Source of the DNA: Candidatus Parcubacteria bacterium
GTDB lineage: Bacteria > Patescibacteriota > Patescibacteriia > Patescibacteriales > BM507
Direction: 5' to 3'
NCBI GenBank assembly: GCA_002869265.1
Contig: PKTH01000003.1
Coordinates: 8,190 to 72,189, forward strand
Length of the DNA stretch: 64,000 bases
Below the pieces are notes generated by a model. The model saw only the letters and a program-made list of their open reading frames with translations, was not told the origin of the DNA and ran no database searches. Positions 43,315-52,368 of this stretch are shown here, piece by piece. Both the position numbers and the translations under genes were made by a program. Each line of letters begins with the position of its first letter. Within the stretch, counting starts at the first letter, position 1.

Positions 43315-43342
43315 ACTTCGCATAATGTAGATTAATCAACGT
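43315..43342. other. Candidate dif (Xer recombination) site ACTTCGCATAA-TGTAGA-TTAATCAACGT
   Basis: Arms are 7/11 self-complementary. 18/28 identity to each of the E. coli and B. subtilis dif sequences as I recall them. Lies in the convergent gap ~0.8 kb from xer. Confidence 0.4.
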
Positions 43343-43602
43343 ACTATATGTATTTAAAAGGCTTTTTAAGGCCTTTATAATACTTTCTAAAAATATTAAT
43401 ATTATGCGTCTGTTATTAACATCCCAAATATATTTATATCTGGATTGAACATCAACAGGAACTTTAAAAACAAAAGAAAGAATCCAATAACGACTAAGCA
43501 AAAAACAATAATGGCTAATACGAATAAAGTTTTAAATAACCCCTCCATAGTTTTGGCTAATATTAGCAAATAATGCTATAATTTACCTAATATTAGATTA
43601 AT

Positions 43603-44484
43603 TTATCTATAGTATATCATGTCTCCGAAACGAAGATCTATATACGTTTTTGAAAATAACTCATCTCTTAATTTCTCATTTCTCAAGAGAATAAGTTTCT
43701 GAATTTGTTGATCAATACCCTCCTCGACATTAAAGTATACATCAGGACCATCCATTATTTTCATAGTTAAGGTGTTGTCATTCTCATTTCCTACTGTAAA
43801 CTTTTCTACATTAAAAATATTTGTATCTCTTAACTCTTGATAAAGTTTAATAGCATATTCAAAATGCTTTTCTTTACCCGCGACCCTTTGATCAAGAATT
43901 AATAATCTGCCCTTGTTTTCAATAAGTGGAAAAATCTGTTTAAGCTCTTCGGGTAAGACTTCTATTATAATCTCTCCATTTGTTGTTATGTAATAATATC
44001 TTGAATCTTCAAACCAGACCAAGGCATAAGAAACTTCTTTCAAGTCTAGCTCCAGTTTATTGGGGAATTTTTTATTAACGACAATTGACTCAAAGGCTAA
44101 ATCTTCTTTTAGTTTATCATAAAGAGCATTTTCTTTAAACAAAAAGAAGTTATTACCGGGGAAAAATACATACTTTGACCGTAATTGCTCACGGGCAATC
44201 CTTTCTATCTGTTCCTCCCCTATTCCTCCTATATCATTTACACGGTCAAAGTTAATGCTTATGTCATATATTAAAAAATACTTTGAATAAATAAAAAACC
44301 AAAATAACAATGCAAATAAAGCAAAAAAGAACAAAACACTAAACTTGGTTTTCCATGAAAAATGGCTAAGAAGAGGTTTAGAACTTTTTTTATTAGCTTC
44401 ATTAAAATAGGGGTTGGTATATGATTTATGACTTACATATTGCCTACGACTATTTGTTCTCAGTTTTTTTTTATTTTTAAACAT
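43603..44484 (-). CDS. ftsQ: Cell division protein FtsQ/DivIB-like (TM helix plus POTRA)
   Basis: Single TM helix, POTRA-like I.I.F....I, downstream of ddl. Confidence 0.65.
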   Translation of the reverse strand: MFKNKKKLRTNSRRQYVSHKSYTNPYFNEANKKSSKPLLSHFSWKTKFSVLFFFALFALLFWFFIYSKYFLIYDISINFDRVNDIGGIGEEQIERIAREQLRSKYVFFPGNNFFLFKENALYDKLKEDLAFESIVVNKKFPNKLELDLKEVSYALVWFEDSRYYYITTNGEIIIEVLPEELKQIFPLIENKGRLLILDQRVAGKEKHFEYAIKLYQELRDTNIFNVEKFTVGNENDNTLTMKIMDGPDVYFNVEEGIDQQIQKLILLRNEKLRDELFSKTYIDLRFGDMIYYR

Positions 44485-44508
44485 AATTACAAATTATGCC
44501 TTAGAATT

Positions 44509-45459
44509 TTATTTTTCACTTCTATTTTTAATGGCCTCTGTAATTATCCTTTCTAAAAGTTCAGAAAATGGGATCCCAGATTCTTTGGCTGCTTTAGGTA
44601 AAAGACTATTCTTTGTCATTCCAGGAATAGTATTCATTTCAATAAAGTGTATTAGGTTTGTAGTAGAATCAACTATGAAGTCAGCTCTCGCCAAGTCTCG
44701 ACAGTCTAAGATTTTAAAAATATCTACAGCCGCTTGTTGAAGAGAGTTTTTTAAGTCATCAGGAACAACTGCTGGGCATATTTCATCTGCGCCTCCATCT
44801 TCATACTTAGCTTTGTAATCAAACCAAGAAGAAACCTTCGGAATTATTTCGATCACTGGAAGAGCTTCTGGCATTTTATTGCCCATAACTGCAACTGTAA
44901 ATTCTCTACCCTTAATATATGACTCAAGTAGAGCGCTAAGACTATGGTCGTGCGCATTCTTTATAGCATCTTCCAACTCTTCTTTTGTATGAACAATTGA
45001 AACACCGATCGAAGATCCTTGTTCCATGGGCTTTACCACCAATGGTAAACCAAGGGTTGATATAATCTTTTTCACGTCAACACTCTCCCCTCTTTTTAGA
45101 ACCATGTCTTTAGCGACCGAGATGCCAAGGGTCTTAACAATCATCTTAGTACTATATTTATTCATAGCTATAGCACTAGTTAGGAGACCAGAAAAAAGAT
45201 AAGGAACTTTCAATAAATCCAACATCCCCTGCAAGCTGCCGTCTTCACCAGCAGTCCCGTATAGGGCGGGAAAAACAATATCAAATTTACCAGTACTCGC
45301 ATCAATAAAGAACTTCATTAAATCTTCTTTCGGATCATACCGAAAAACCTCATATTTTTCTTTATCCAGAGCATTAAAAATAACATCTCCTGCCCTTTGT
45401 GACACTTCTCTTTCTTGTGAACTACCTCCCGAGAGTAGGGCTAATTTAATTTTTTCCAT
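44509..45459 (-). CDS. ddl: D-alanine--D-alanine ligase
   Basis: GGSSQEREVS, YGTAGEDGSLQGMLDLLKVPY, EMNTIPGMT. Confidence 0.93.
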   Translation of the reverse strand: MEKIKLALLSGGSSQEREVSQRAGDVIFNALDKEKYEVFRYDPKEDLMKFFIDASTGKFDIVFPALYGTAGEDGSLQGMLDLLKVPYLFSGLLTSAIAMNKYSTKMIVKTLGISVAKDMVLKRGESVDVKKIISTLGLPLVVKPMEQGSSIGVSIVHTKEELEDAIKNAHDHSLSALLESYIKGREFTVAVMGNKMPEALPVIEIIPKVSSWFDYKAKYEDGGADEICPAVVPDDLKNSLQQAAVDIFKILDCRDLARADFIVDSTTNLIHFIEMNTIPGMTKNSLLPKAAKESGIPFSELLERIITEAIKNRSEK

Positions 45460-45466
45460 ACAATAC

Positions 45467-45898
45467 TTATTTTATTTTTTTTAAATCTTTGTATAAAATG
45501 ATTGGCTGCATCGCCCGGATTTCTTCCGTGTAAATCATTTCGGGAATATCATTAAAAAGATATATTTTTTTATTCAAAACATGAGCAAACCCCATCTCCA
45601 TTAAAGTATTACCGCCAATGTAATTTTTTATATTATTCTTATCAAAATTGGCGACCAATATAGCTTCAGAAGATTTTATTTTTTTATAGTGCTCTCTAAT
45701 AAGATCTTCTCTAATCACTCTTTCTACTATATCACCAGAGGTCTTATCTTTTTTTATCCCATCAAGAGAAATTTCTCCTTTGTGAATTTTTTCTGAGGTA
45801 CTAGGTATCAAAACCTCATTCTCAGTTTTCTGAAGTTCTTTTAAAATTTCTATTATGTTTGGTGTTAGCGCTATGCTACCACAAATAGTAATTTTCAT
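45467..45898 (-). CDS. Nucleoside 2-deoxyribosyltransferase-like superfamily protein
   Basis: ICGS...; YIGGNTLMEMGFA (Gly-x-x-x-E-x-G-x-A type motif); 143 aa. TAATG overlap with the Nudix gene. Confidence 0.5.
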   Translation of the reverse strand: MKITICGSIALTPNIIEILKELQKTENEVLIPSTSEKIHKGEISLDGIKKDKTSGDIVERVIREDLIREHYKKIKSSEAILVANFDKNNIKNYIGGNTLMEMGFAHVLNKKIYLFNDIPEMIYTEEIRAMQPIILYKDLKKIK

Positions 45899-46290
45899 TA
45901 TTTAATATTAAATTTATCAAACCAATATTTCCAAACTGGCTCTAGATCATCAGGGTTTATCTTACTAGCATCTTTCCATGCCCAGTCCTTAGCCTCTTCT
46001 TCTTCTATTATCACTTCACCCTTCCAGCTCAAAACCTCATAGAGGTACCAATGATGCCCCTGTGCAGTTCTGCACTCATTCCACTCAATATACTCCTCTG
46101 CCAAAATCTTATAAGAAAGTATATCTAAACCAGTCTCCTCTTTTGCCTCACGGAGCATTGCGTTCTCAGGAGTCTCTCCCTCATCAATGTGCCCAGCAGG
46201 ACAAGCCCAGCCATAAGGAATATTAGATCTATCAATCATTAGTATTTCATCTTTTTGGTTGCGTATTATAACGCCAACACTTTTATGCAT
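45898..46290 (-). CDS. NUDIX hydrolase
   Basis: Nudix box GHIDEGETPENAMLREAKEETG. ATG at 46290 preferred over the TTG at 46326, which would overlap the CYTH gene. Confidence 0.8.
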   Translation of the reverse strand: MHKSVGVIIRNQKDEILMIDRSNIPYGWACPAGHIDEGETPENAMLREAKEETGLDILSYKILAEEYIEWNECRTAQGHHWYLYEVLSWKGEVIIEEEEAKDWAWKDASKINPDDLEPVWKYWFDKFNIK

Positions 46291-46300
46291 ACTAGTAGTT

Positions 46301-46876
46301 TTAATTAAACGGGTTTGGACTATCAAAGGTTATTAGCGGGGTGTTGTTGTTTATGACATTCTTTTCTACTCCATATTTTTTATTGTAAAAATAATCAATT
46401 CCATCAAATACTGCTTCCCCATAGTCAAAGCCGAGTATCTCTGAAATCTTTTTTACTGCTGACTCTGATTTTCCTTCAATCTCCACAATTGGTTCAAGGT
46501 AGGGCCAGGTGTCAATTAAAACTTCTACTTCATCTAAAATCCACTTCTCTCTTAGGGTTTCTTGATATGATTTAAAGATAAAACCTGTGTTCTTAAGAAA
46601 AGAAACTCCACCATCATAAGAATCTATAACAATTTCTGTTTCTTCTTGCCCTTCTATTGAACCAGCTTTTATAGTTTTTACACTCATTGTTATCTTATCC
46701 CCCTCATGTCTAACTCTTGCCCAAGAATGATTATCACTCACACCTTTAGGTAAATTAAAAGTAGAGCGTTTCTGAAGGAACTCCTTTTTTAGGAGGGTGG
46801 CATTTACTTTCATTAGGTCTTCCCTTAAGGCCTCTTTATCTTTAATAGGGAAAGTTGCTTCGTACTCAATATTCAT
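46301..46876 (-). CDS. CYTH-domain protein (CyaB/ThTPase triphosphate-tunnel family)
   Basis: N-terminal IEYEATF (ExE strand), RVRHEG.., EETE.., beta-rich ~190 aa. Starts 1 nt after the lysS stop. Confidence 0.6.
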   Translation of the reverse strand: MNIEYEATFPIKDKEALREDLMKVNATLLKKEFLQKRSTFNLPKGVSDNHSWARVRHEGDKITMSVKTIKAGSIEGQEETEIVIDSYDGGVSFLKNTGFIFKSYQETLREKWILDEVEVLIDTWPYLEPIVEIEGKSESAVKKISEILGFDYGEAVFDGIDYFYNKKYGVEKNVINNNTPLITFDSPNPFN

Positions 46877-46877
46877 T

Positions 46878-48986
46878 CTATAAGTTTAGTTTATCTGAAA
46901 TATTTTGTAAGGATTTTAAGCTAATTTCAAAAAATTCATCCAATGACAAACCTGTCTCTTCTATTTCTTTTATCAGTTCCCTATCGCAATTTGCGGCAAA
47001 GGATTTTGTTTTAAATTTCTTTTTCAGTGAGCTCAGTTTAACGCTAGCTAGCTTTTTATCTGGTTGCATTTTTGCTGAAGCAACGATTAGCCCAGTCAAA
47101 GTCTCAGCGGCAACCAATGCGTATTGAATTTTTGTTTCTCTTTTTCTATTAGGATTTTCTCCGCATTCTTTATTACCAAAAGTATGTGATTGAATCGTTT
47201 CAATTAAATAATCTGAGGCTCCTTCTCCTTTTAAAATTTCAGCTGCTCGTACGGTATGGTCTATAACCTTATTGCTTGTCTCATCCCAATCAATATCATG
47301 CAAGAGACCGACTATCCCCCACTGTTCTTCATCTTCCCCAAAATACTTTGCCAAATCGCGCATAATAGACTCTGTCTCAATGGAATGCAATTTTGTATTA
47401 TCGTCTTTTACATATTTTTCAAAAATAGCTTTTGCTTTTTTATAATCAATACCTAATTCCTGCCCCTCGCTTTCATTCATACCCCTTGGTGCAGAAACAG
47501 TCTGTAATCTTTTCATAGTTGGGAACATAACCATATCTCTAATGTTTTCTTCACCTTCCAGTAAGGCAAAAAATCTATCGAGGCCCATCCCCCAACCTGC
47601 CATAGGTGGCATACCGTATTCCATAGATTCAACAAAATCATGGTCGAAAGGCATAGCTTCTTCGTCCCCCTCTATCACAAGCCTCTCCTGAGCCTCAAAA
47701 CGCTCTCTTTGGTCGATTGGATCATTTAACTCGTTATATGCCTTAATCATTTCCCAAGTGTTTATTACAAGTTGAAAAGTGGCAACTTTTTCCGGCTCTT
47801 CTTCTTTGGTTTTGGCTAAAGCCATTAATTCCTTGGGGTAATCTGTAACAAATACTGGATTAATCAGTTTATTTCTTACAGTTTTCTTGTATAATTCATC
47901 AATCTTTGCAGGCCAGCCAATCTTATCTTTTACATTTACCTTATTCTCCAAGGATTTTTCCATAACAAATTTTTCTACTTTTTCTTCTGTGTCCAAGTCC
48001 TTAACTCCTACACCTAAATTTTCCTTAAGAAGCTCATCAAAAGTTTTTCTTGGGAAAGGTGGCTGAAAATTTATTTCATTATCACCATATTTAACAACAA
48101 AATTTTTATATACTTTTTCTACTACTTCTTTGATTAAGTTTTCAGTAAAATCCATTAAAAAATTATAATCAACATAAGGCCAATAGAATTCAAACATGGT
48201 AAACTCCTGCAAATGAGCAGGACCCATCCCTTCATTTCTAAAACATTTACCTATCTCAAATATTCTTTCAAAGCCACCAGCAACTGTTCTTTTCAAAAAC
48301 ATCTCTGGAGCGATTCTTAAATAAAAATCCTGATCAAGACCATGGTAATAAGTCGTGAATGGTTTGGCATAGGTCCCCCCGTAGACATTTTGCAAGATAG
48401 GTGTTTCAACTTCTACAAACTTGTTAGCCCACATATATTCTCTGATAGCACGAGTAGCTTCAAACCTCTTTTTGAATCTTTCATAAGCCCTACGGTCAGA
48501 AATCATTTCTAATTCCCTAAATCTTTGTTTCTTATCATCGTCTTGAAGTCCGTGCCATTTTTCCGGAAGTGGTCTAATTGCTTTACTTAGAACCCTCCAC
48601 TCACTAACCATGATAGATTTTTCATTTTTATGTGTTAAGAAACAAGAACCCCCTACTTCAACAAAGTCGCCCATGTCAATTAACTTAACAAAGTCTTTAT
48701 AAGAGTCGTCCCCTATTTCCTTTTTTGAAAAAGCTATTTGAATACTTGCACTTGAATCCTCAAGGTTGGCAAATGTTAAATTTCCATGAGTTCTCTTACT
48801 CTTAAGCCTCCCCGACAAGACAAAGGTTATAGATTTCACGAGGTTTTCGTCAAAATCATCTAAAACTTCACTAATATGGTTAGTTCTGTTGTTTTTAGAA
48901 GTATATGGATTTATCCCTTTTTCACGTATTGTATTTAATTTAATCTTCCGTTCTTCAAATTCACTAATTTTTTCATTTTGGCTCAT
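46878..48986 (-). CDS. lysS: Lysyl-tRNA synthetase (class II) fused to a C-terminal HD hydrolase domain
   Basis: Class II core (FRNEG, GGxGxGxDR-like GWGMGLDRF) in residues 1 to ~500. C-terminal ~200 aa with WGIVGLLHDIDWD resemble the stand-alone COG2316-type HD hydrolase (from memory). Confidence 0.9.
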   Translation of the reverse strand: MSQNEKISEFEERKIKLNTIREKGINPYTSKNNRTNHISEVLDDFDENLVKSITFVLSGRLKSKRTHGNLTFANLEDSSASIQIAFSKKEIGDDSYKDFVKLIDMGDFVEVGGSCFLTHKNEKSIMVSEWRVLSKAIRPLPEKWHGLQDDDKKQRFRELEMISDRRAYERFKKRFEATRAIREYMWANKFVEVETPILQNVYGGTYAKPFTTYYHGLDQDFYLRIAPEMFLKRTVAGGFERIFEIGKCFRNEGMGPAHLQEFTMFEFYWPYVDYNFLMDFTENLIKEVVEKVYKNFVVKYGDNEINFQPPFPRKTFDELLKENLGVGVKDLDTEEKVEKFVMEKSLENKVNVKDKIGWPAKIDELYKKTVRNKLINPVFVTDYPKELMALAKTKEEEPEKVATFQLVINTWEMIKAYNELNDPIDQRERFEAQERLVIEGDEEAMPFDHDFVESMEYGMPPMAGWGMGLDRFFALLEGEENIRDMVMFPTMKRLQTVSAPRGMNESEGQELGIDYKKAKAIFEKYVKDDNTKLHSIETESIMRDLAKYFGEDEEQWGIVGLLHDIDWDETSNKVIDHTVRAAEILKGEGASDYLIETIQSHTFGNKECGENPNRKRETKIQYALVAAETLTGLIVASAKMQPDKKLASVKLSSLKKKFKTKSFAANCDRELIKEIEETGLSLDEFFEISLKSLQNISDKLNL

Positions 48987-49068
48987 AAATATTTGGCTTT
49001 GCGATAATAAAATTCGCTTATTTTTGCTAATTTATTCTAATATTTTATAATATTTAATGTTTTAAGTC

Positions 49069-49101
49069 AAAAAAAGACCTCTCAATTAGAGAGGTCTTTT
49101 T
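49069..49101 (-). terminator. Terminator after greA
   Basis: GACCTCTC-AATTA-GAGAGGTC with A7/T5 flanks. Confidence 0.8.
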
Positions 49102-49113
49102 ATATATTGACGT

Positions 49114-49569
49114 TTAGGCTAATTTTGTGATTTTATATTTCGTCAAACCTCTTGGTGTCTCAACTTCTACCGTATCTCCCTTGCTTTTACCCAAAAAGGC
49201 TCTCCCTATAGGAGACTCATTTGAAATCTTTCCTTCAGCTGGATCAACTTCGTTAAAACTAACTATTTCAAATATTTTTTCTTTGCCATCTGATTTAACG
49301 GTTAGCTTTGAACCAAGAGATACCTCATTCTTTTTACATCCATCAACAACTGTAAGCGTTTTTAATAAATTCCCCACCTCAATAATTCTTCCCTCATTTA
49401 GGGCTTGGGCATCTTTAGCCTCGGAATATTCTGCATTTTCACTTAAATCCCCCATGTCCTTTGCCTTCTGTATTCTATCGGCAATTTCTCTTCTCTTGTT
49501 TTTTGTGAGGTCTTCGTACTCTTCTTGAAGTTTTTCGTAACCATCTTTTGAAATAATTTGATCTGACAT
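49114..49569 (-). CDS. greA: Transcription elongation factor GreA
   Basis: GDLSENAEYSEAKDAQ; C-terminal FKBP-like domain. Confidence 0.93.
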   Translation of the reverse strand: MSDQIISKDGYEKLQEEYEDLTKNKRREIADRIQKAKDMGDLSENAEYSEAKDAQALNEGRIIEVGNLLKTLTVVDGCKKNEVSLGSKLTVKSDGKEKIFEIVSFNEVDPAEGKISNESPIGRAFLGKSKGDTVEVETPRGLTKYKITKLA

Positions 49570-49702
49570 TTAGCTTATAAAAATACTTGATTTTACTCAA
49601 GTATTTGTCTTAGTGATTTTAAATATAGTAATGAATATACAATAAATGAAATATTTTTTCAAGAGTGATATAAATAGCTAATATTAAATAAATAAAAATA
49701 TT

Positions 49703-51250
49703 CTAATCATTATTTAACAATTCCCTATCAAATATTATAGAAATTAAAATAAGATAAGCTATACCTAAGGGATGATTAAAATATGGACTAAAAAAATTAA
49801 CAGCCGATAAGGCAAAAAGTCCAATTGCCATAGAATAGATAAAAACACTATTTATATTATTGGGTTTCATTTTCTTGGAAAATGGAAAAATAAATATTTT
49901 AAAGAGTAAATACAGATAAAAGAGTAATCCAAAAAATCCAAATTTTAACCATATATCGAGCCACCCCCACTCAAAAGCATAGGTAGTATATTCACCACTA
50001 GGACTCATTTCCAAGACTCTAGGATCAGAAGAAACATAAGTTACCGTGCTACCGAAGCCAGATCCCATGATGGGATGATTCCCTATTTCAGAAATCAATG
50101 GTTTTAGAAGAGACCACCTTGAGGAAACACCCGCTTCGCTACTTATTTGCTTTGCTCTTTCAGACAAGAGCCCACTTGTGCTAAACTCCGCACTTGGATC
50201 TGGAAAGGGAAACTTCACTATAAGGCTAATCAAGCCCACCGAAAACATAAACATTGACGCAATGAGAATAAAAGAAAGAACAGTTTTTTTGATTTTAAAA
50301 AATATTAAAACAAACAAAAAGATTAAAGCTAGACTCAATACCACTCCAACCCAGTTACTCCTGGATAGCGTTATCAGGTTGATAGACAGTGAAACTATCG
50401 AAGAAAAATATAAAAATTTAAATAAAACAGATTTTTTATACTTATTGTTTATAAAATAATACAAAGAGATCGAAACCAAAAAAATAAAGAGAGGGATAAA
50501 ATAAATATGTGATTGAAAAAATATTCTTGAAAACCCACTGTCCATTCTTGTAATCTCCCCCACTCCGCTTTTCCTAACCCAGCTATATACAGCTGGCAGA
50601 ATACTAATAATATTATGAGAAAAAATGTACAAGAGAAAAAATGTCTTAAAAGACACCCATGAGAGAGCTCCTATTATTATAGAATAAAGATTAGCTAAGT
50701 CGTTTCTTTTGAGGTGATAAGCAAAATATACTGGGAAAATATAACTCAAAAACATCCAAGCATTAAAATCAAAAAATATATTCTTATTATCGTTACCTGA
50801 AATAAAAGCAACTATCAATGAATAGAGAATAAAAAGAAATAGCACGAAAAAATATTTTAAATAATAGGTTGATTTTAGAAAGTTTTGTAGTATTTCAAGT
50901 ATGTATGACGGTCTCTTTACTAAGTCCTTGTAATATTTTTCTTTTAATAATTTAGACAGCTTAATAAAAAATGCCAGCATAACAAAGAACCAAATGCCTA
51001 TTCTAATAGAAAGACTTAAGCCCCCTATCCCTATATAGAATAAGTATCCTTTAGAACCAATTATCAGTTCTGCGAAGGAAAACCACAAACCATATTCTAT
51101 TTTTTTTAGTGAAACAATAAATACAAACAAAACGATTGTAACAAAAAATATCGAGTTTAGCTCCGGAAAAAGAAATGAAAATAGTGAAAATATTTCTAAT
51201 AAAAATATAATCGAAAATGCTAGTTTAATTTTCTTTTTATCTAGACTCAT
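49703..51250 (-). CDS. O-antigen ligase/polymerase-like (Wzy_C) membrane protein
   Basis: About 12 TM helices; LITLSRSNWVG motif and a large loop. Confidence 0.7.
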   Translation of the reverse strand: MSLDKKKIKLAFSIIFLLEIFSLFSFLFPELNSIFFVTIVLFVFIVSLKKIEYGLWFSFAELIIGSKGYLFYIGIGGLSLSIRIGIWFFVMLAFFIKLSKLLKEKYYKDLVKRPSYILEILQNFLKSTYYLKYFFVLFLFILYSLIVAFISGNDNKNIFFDFNAWMFLSYIFPVYFAYHLKRNDLANLYSIIIGALSWVSFKTFFLLYIFSHNIISILPAVYSWVRKSGVGEITRMDSGFSRIFFQSHIYFIPLFIFLVSISLYYFINNKYKKSVLFKFLYFSSIVSLSINLITLSRSNWVGVVLSLALIFLFVLIFFKIKKTVLSFILIASMFMFSVGLISLIVKFPFPDPSAEFSTSGLLSERAKQISSEAGVSSRWSLLKPLISEIGNHPIMGSGFGSTVTYVSSDPRVLEMSPSGEYTTYAFEWGWLDIWLKFGFFGLLFYLYLLFKIFIFPFSKKMKPNNINSVFIYSMAIGLFALSAVNFFSPYFNHPLGIAYLILISIIFDRELLNND

Positions 51251-51683
51251 CTTTTAAAATATTAAATATTATTTTATCGCCAACTTTTATATCATTCTCG
51301 CTAGTAAAACCTCCATTTACCTCTAAAACTCTTGTTATTGCTCTCTCTGAAGAATAATAGTTACTCACTTCATGACCTTCAGGTGGTAATTTTTCGTCAA
51401 TCTTGATTACTACATCATCATCTATCCATATAATATCCAATGAGAACATCATGTCTCTCATTACAAAAGTCTTTTGGCTTTTTTCATTAAACTCAAATAA
51501 CATCCCACAATTTTCGCAAATTGATTCTCTAAAGCTTAAACCTAAATATGTTTCCTCATCTGAACTAAGAACGTCGATTAGGTTTACTTTTGTATTATTT
51601 ATTGTTAAATAATCTGAACTACGAGAGCAGGCAATTATCAATATTGGCAATAGTAAGATTAAAATGTAGATCTTTTTACTCAT
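51237..51683 (-). CDS. DUF192 (COG1430) protein, lipoprotein
   Basis: Lipobox IIAC; GLSFRE..GMLF..M.DM.FSLDIIWID..V. Confidence 0.7.
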   Translation of the reverse strand: MSKKIYILILLLPILIIACSRSSDYLTINNTKVNLIDVLSSDEETYLGLSFRESICENCGMLFEFNEKSQKTFVMRDMMFSLDIIWIDDDVVIKIDEKLPPEGHEVSNYYSSERAITRVLEVNGGFTSENDIKVGDKIIFNILKDESR

Positions 51684-51684
51684 A

Positions 51685-52368
51685 CTACAATAAATTATGC
51701 TTCTTTTTTATAGTTTCAACTGACTTTTTATATTTTTTTACTGAAGGCAAAAAAGGAAACAGCTTATAGGCAAAACTAGGAAGCCATGTACTCATCGTAC
51801 CACCATCTTTTACCTCAAATAGAACCTCGTCTATCCAGGTGCCTTTTTTGCTTTTCTCAAGCATACTTAGCCACAGATCCCAGTCCTGTAATCTTTTAAC
51901 GCTCTCATCAAAACCAGGAAAATCTGAACGTTTTATTAAGGAGCTTGTATGTATATATGGCATCTGCCTTAATCGTTCTTCATCAAACTCCCATAATCGA
52001 AAAATTTTTGGTCCAAATTTATGAGATGAGTATACATAAGATCTGTCAGAACTTTTTATTTTGTTAAACATTTTTTCTAGCATATCCTCTCTCATCACAA
52101 TATCAGCATCGCAAAATAACAGATATTCTCCATTAGATTGTTTAAAACCATTATTCCTTGCTGCCTGAGCTCCCTGGTTTACTTGATTAATCACCTTAAA
52201 CTTGTCAAACTTATTTTTAAATCCTGCTAAGACTTTCTCGATATTATCATCTGAACCATCATTCACAACAATAATCTCGTAATCCTTAAAACACTGATTA
52301 AGAATACTGTCTAAACAAAAAGATATTTTATCAGCCTGGTTATAAACAGGTATTATTATTGATATCAT
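51685..52368 (-). CDS. Glycosyltransferase family 2
   Basis: SIIIPVYNQ..; VVNDGSDD; FCDADI. Confidence 0.85.
   Translation of the reverse strand: MISIIIPVYNQADKISFCLDSILNQCFKDYEIIVVNDGSDDNIEKVLAGFKNKFDKFKVINQVNQGAQAARNNGFKQSNGEYLLFCDADIVMREDMLEKMFNKIKSSDRSYVYSSHKFGPKIFRLWEFDEERLRQMPYIHTSSLIKRSDFPGFDESVKRLQDWDLWLSMLEKSKKGTWIDEVLFEVKDGGTMSTWLPSFAYKLFPFLPSVKKYKKSVETIKKKHNLL

Noticed and set aside
43295-43501. 68-aa minus-strand ORF in the terminus gap.
   Set aside because: TTG start with no SD or promoter; low-complexity Y/K/I-rich product. It spans the dif-like site and an internal hairpin. More likely non-coding.
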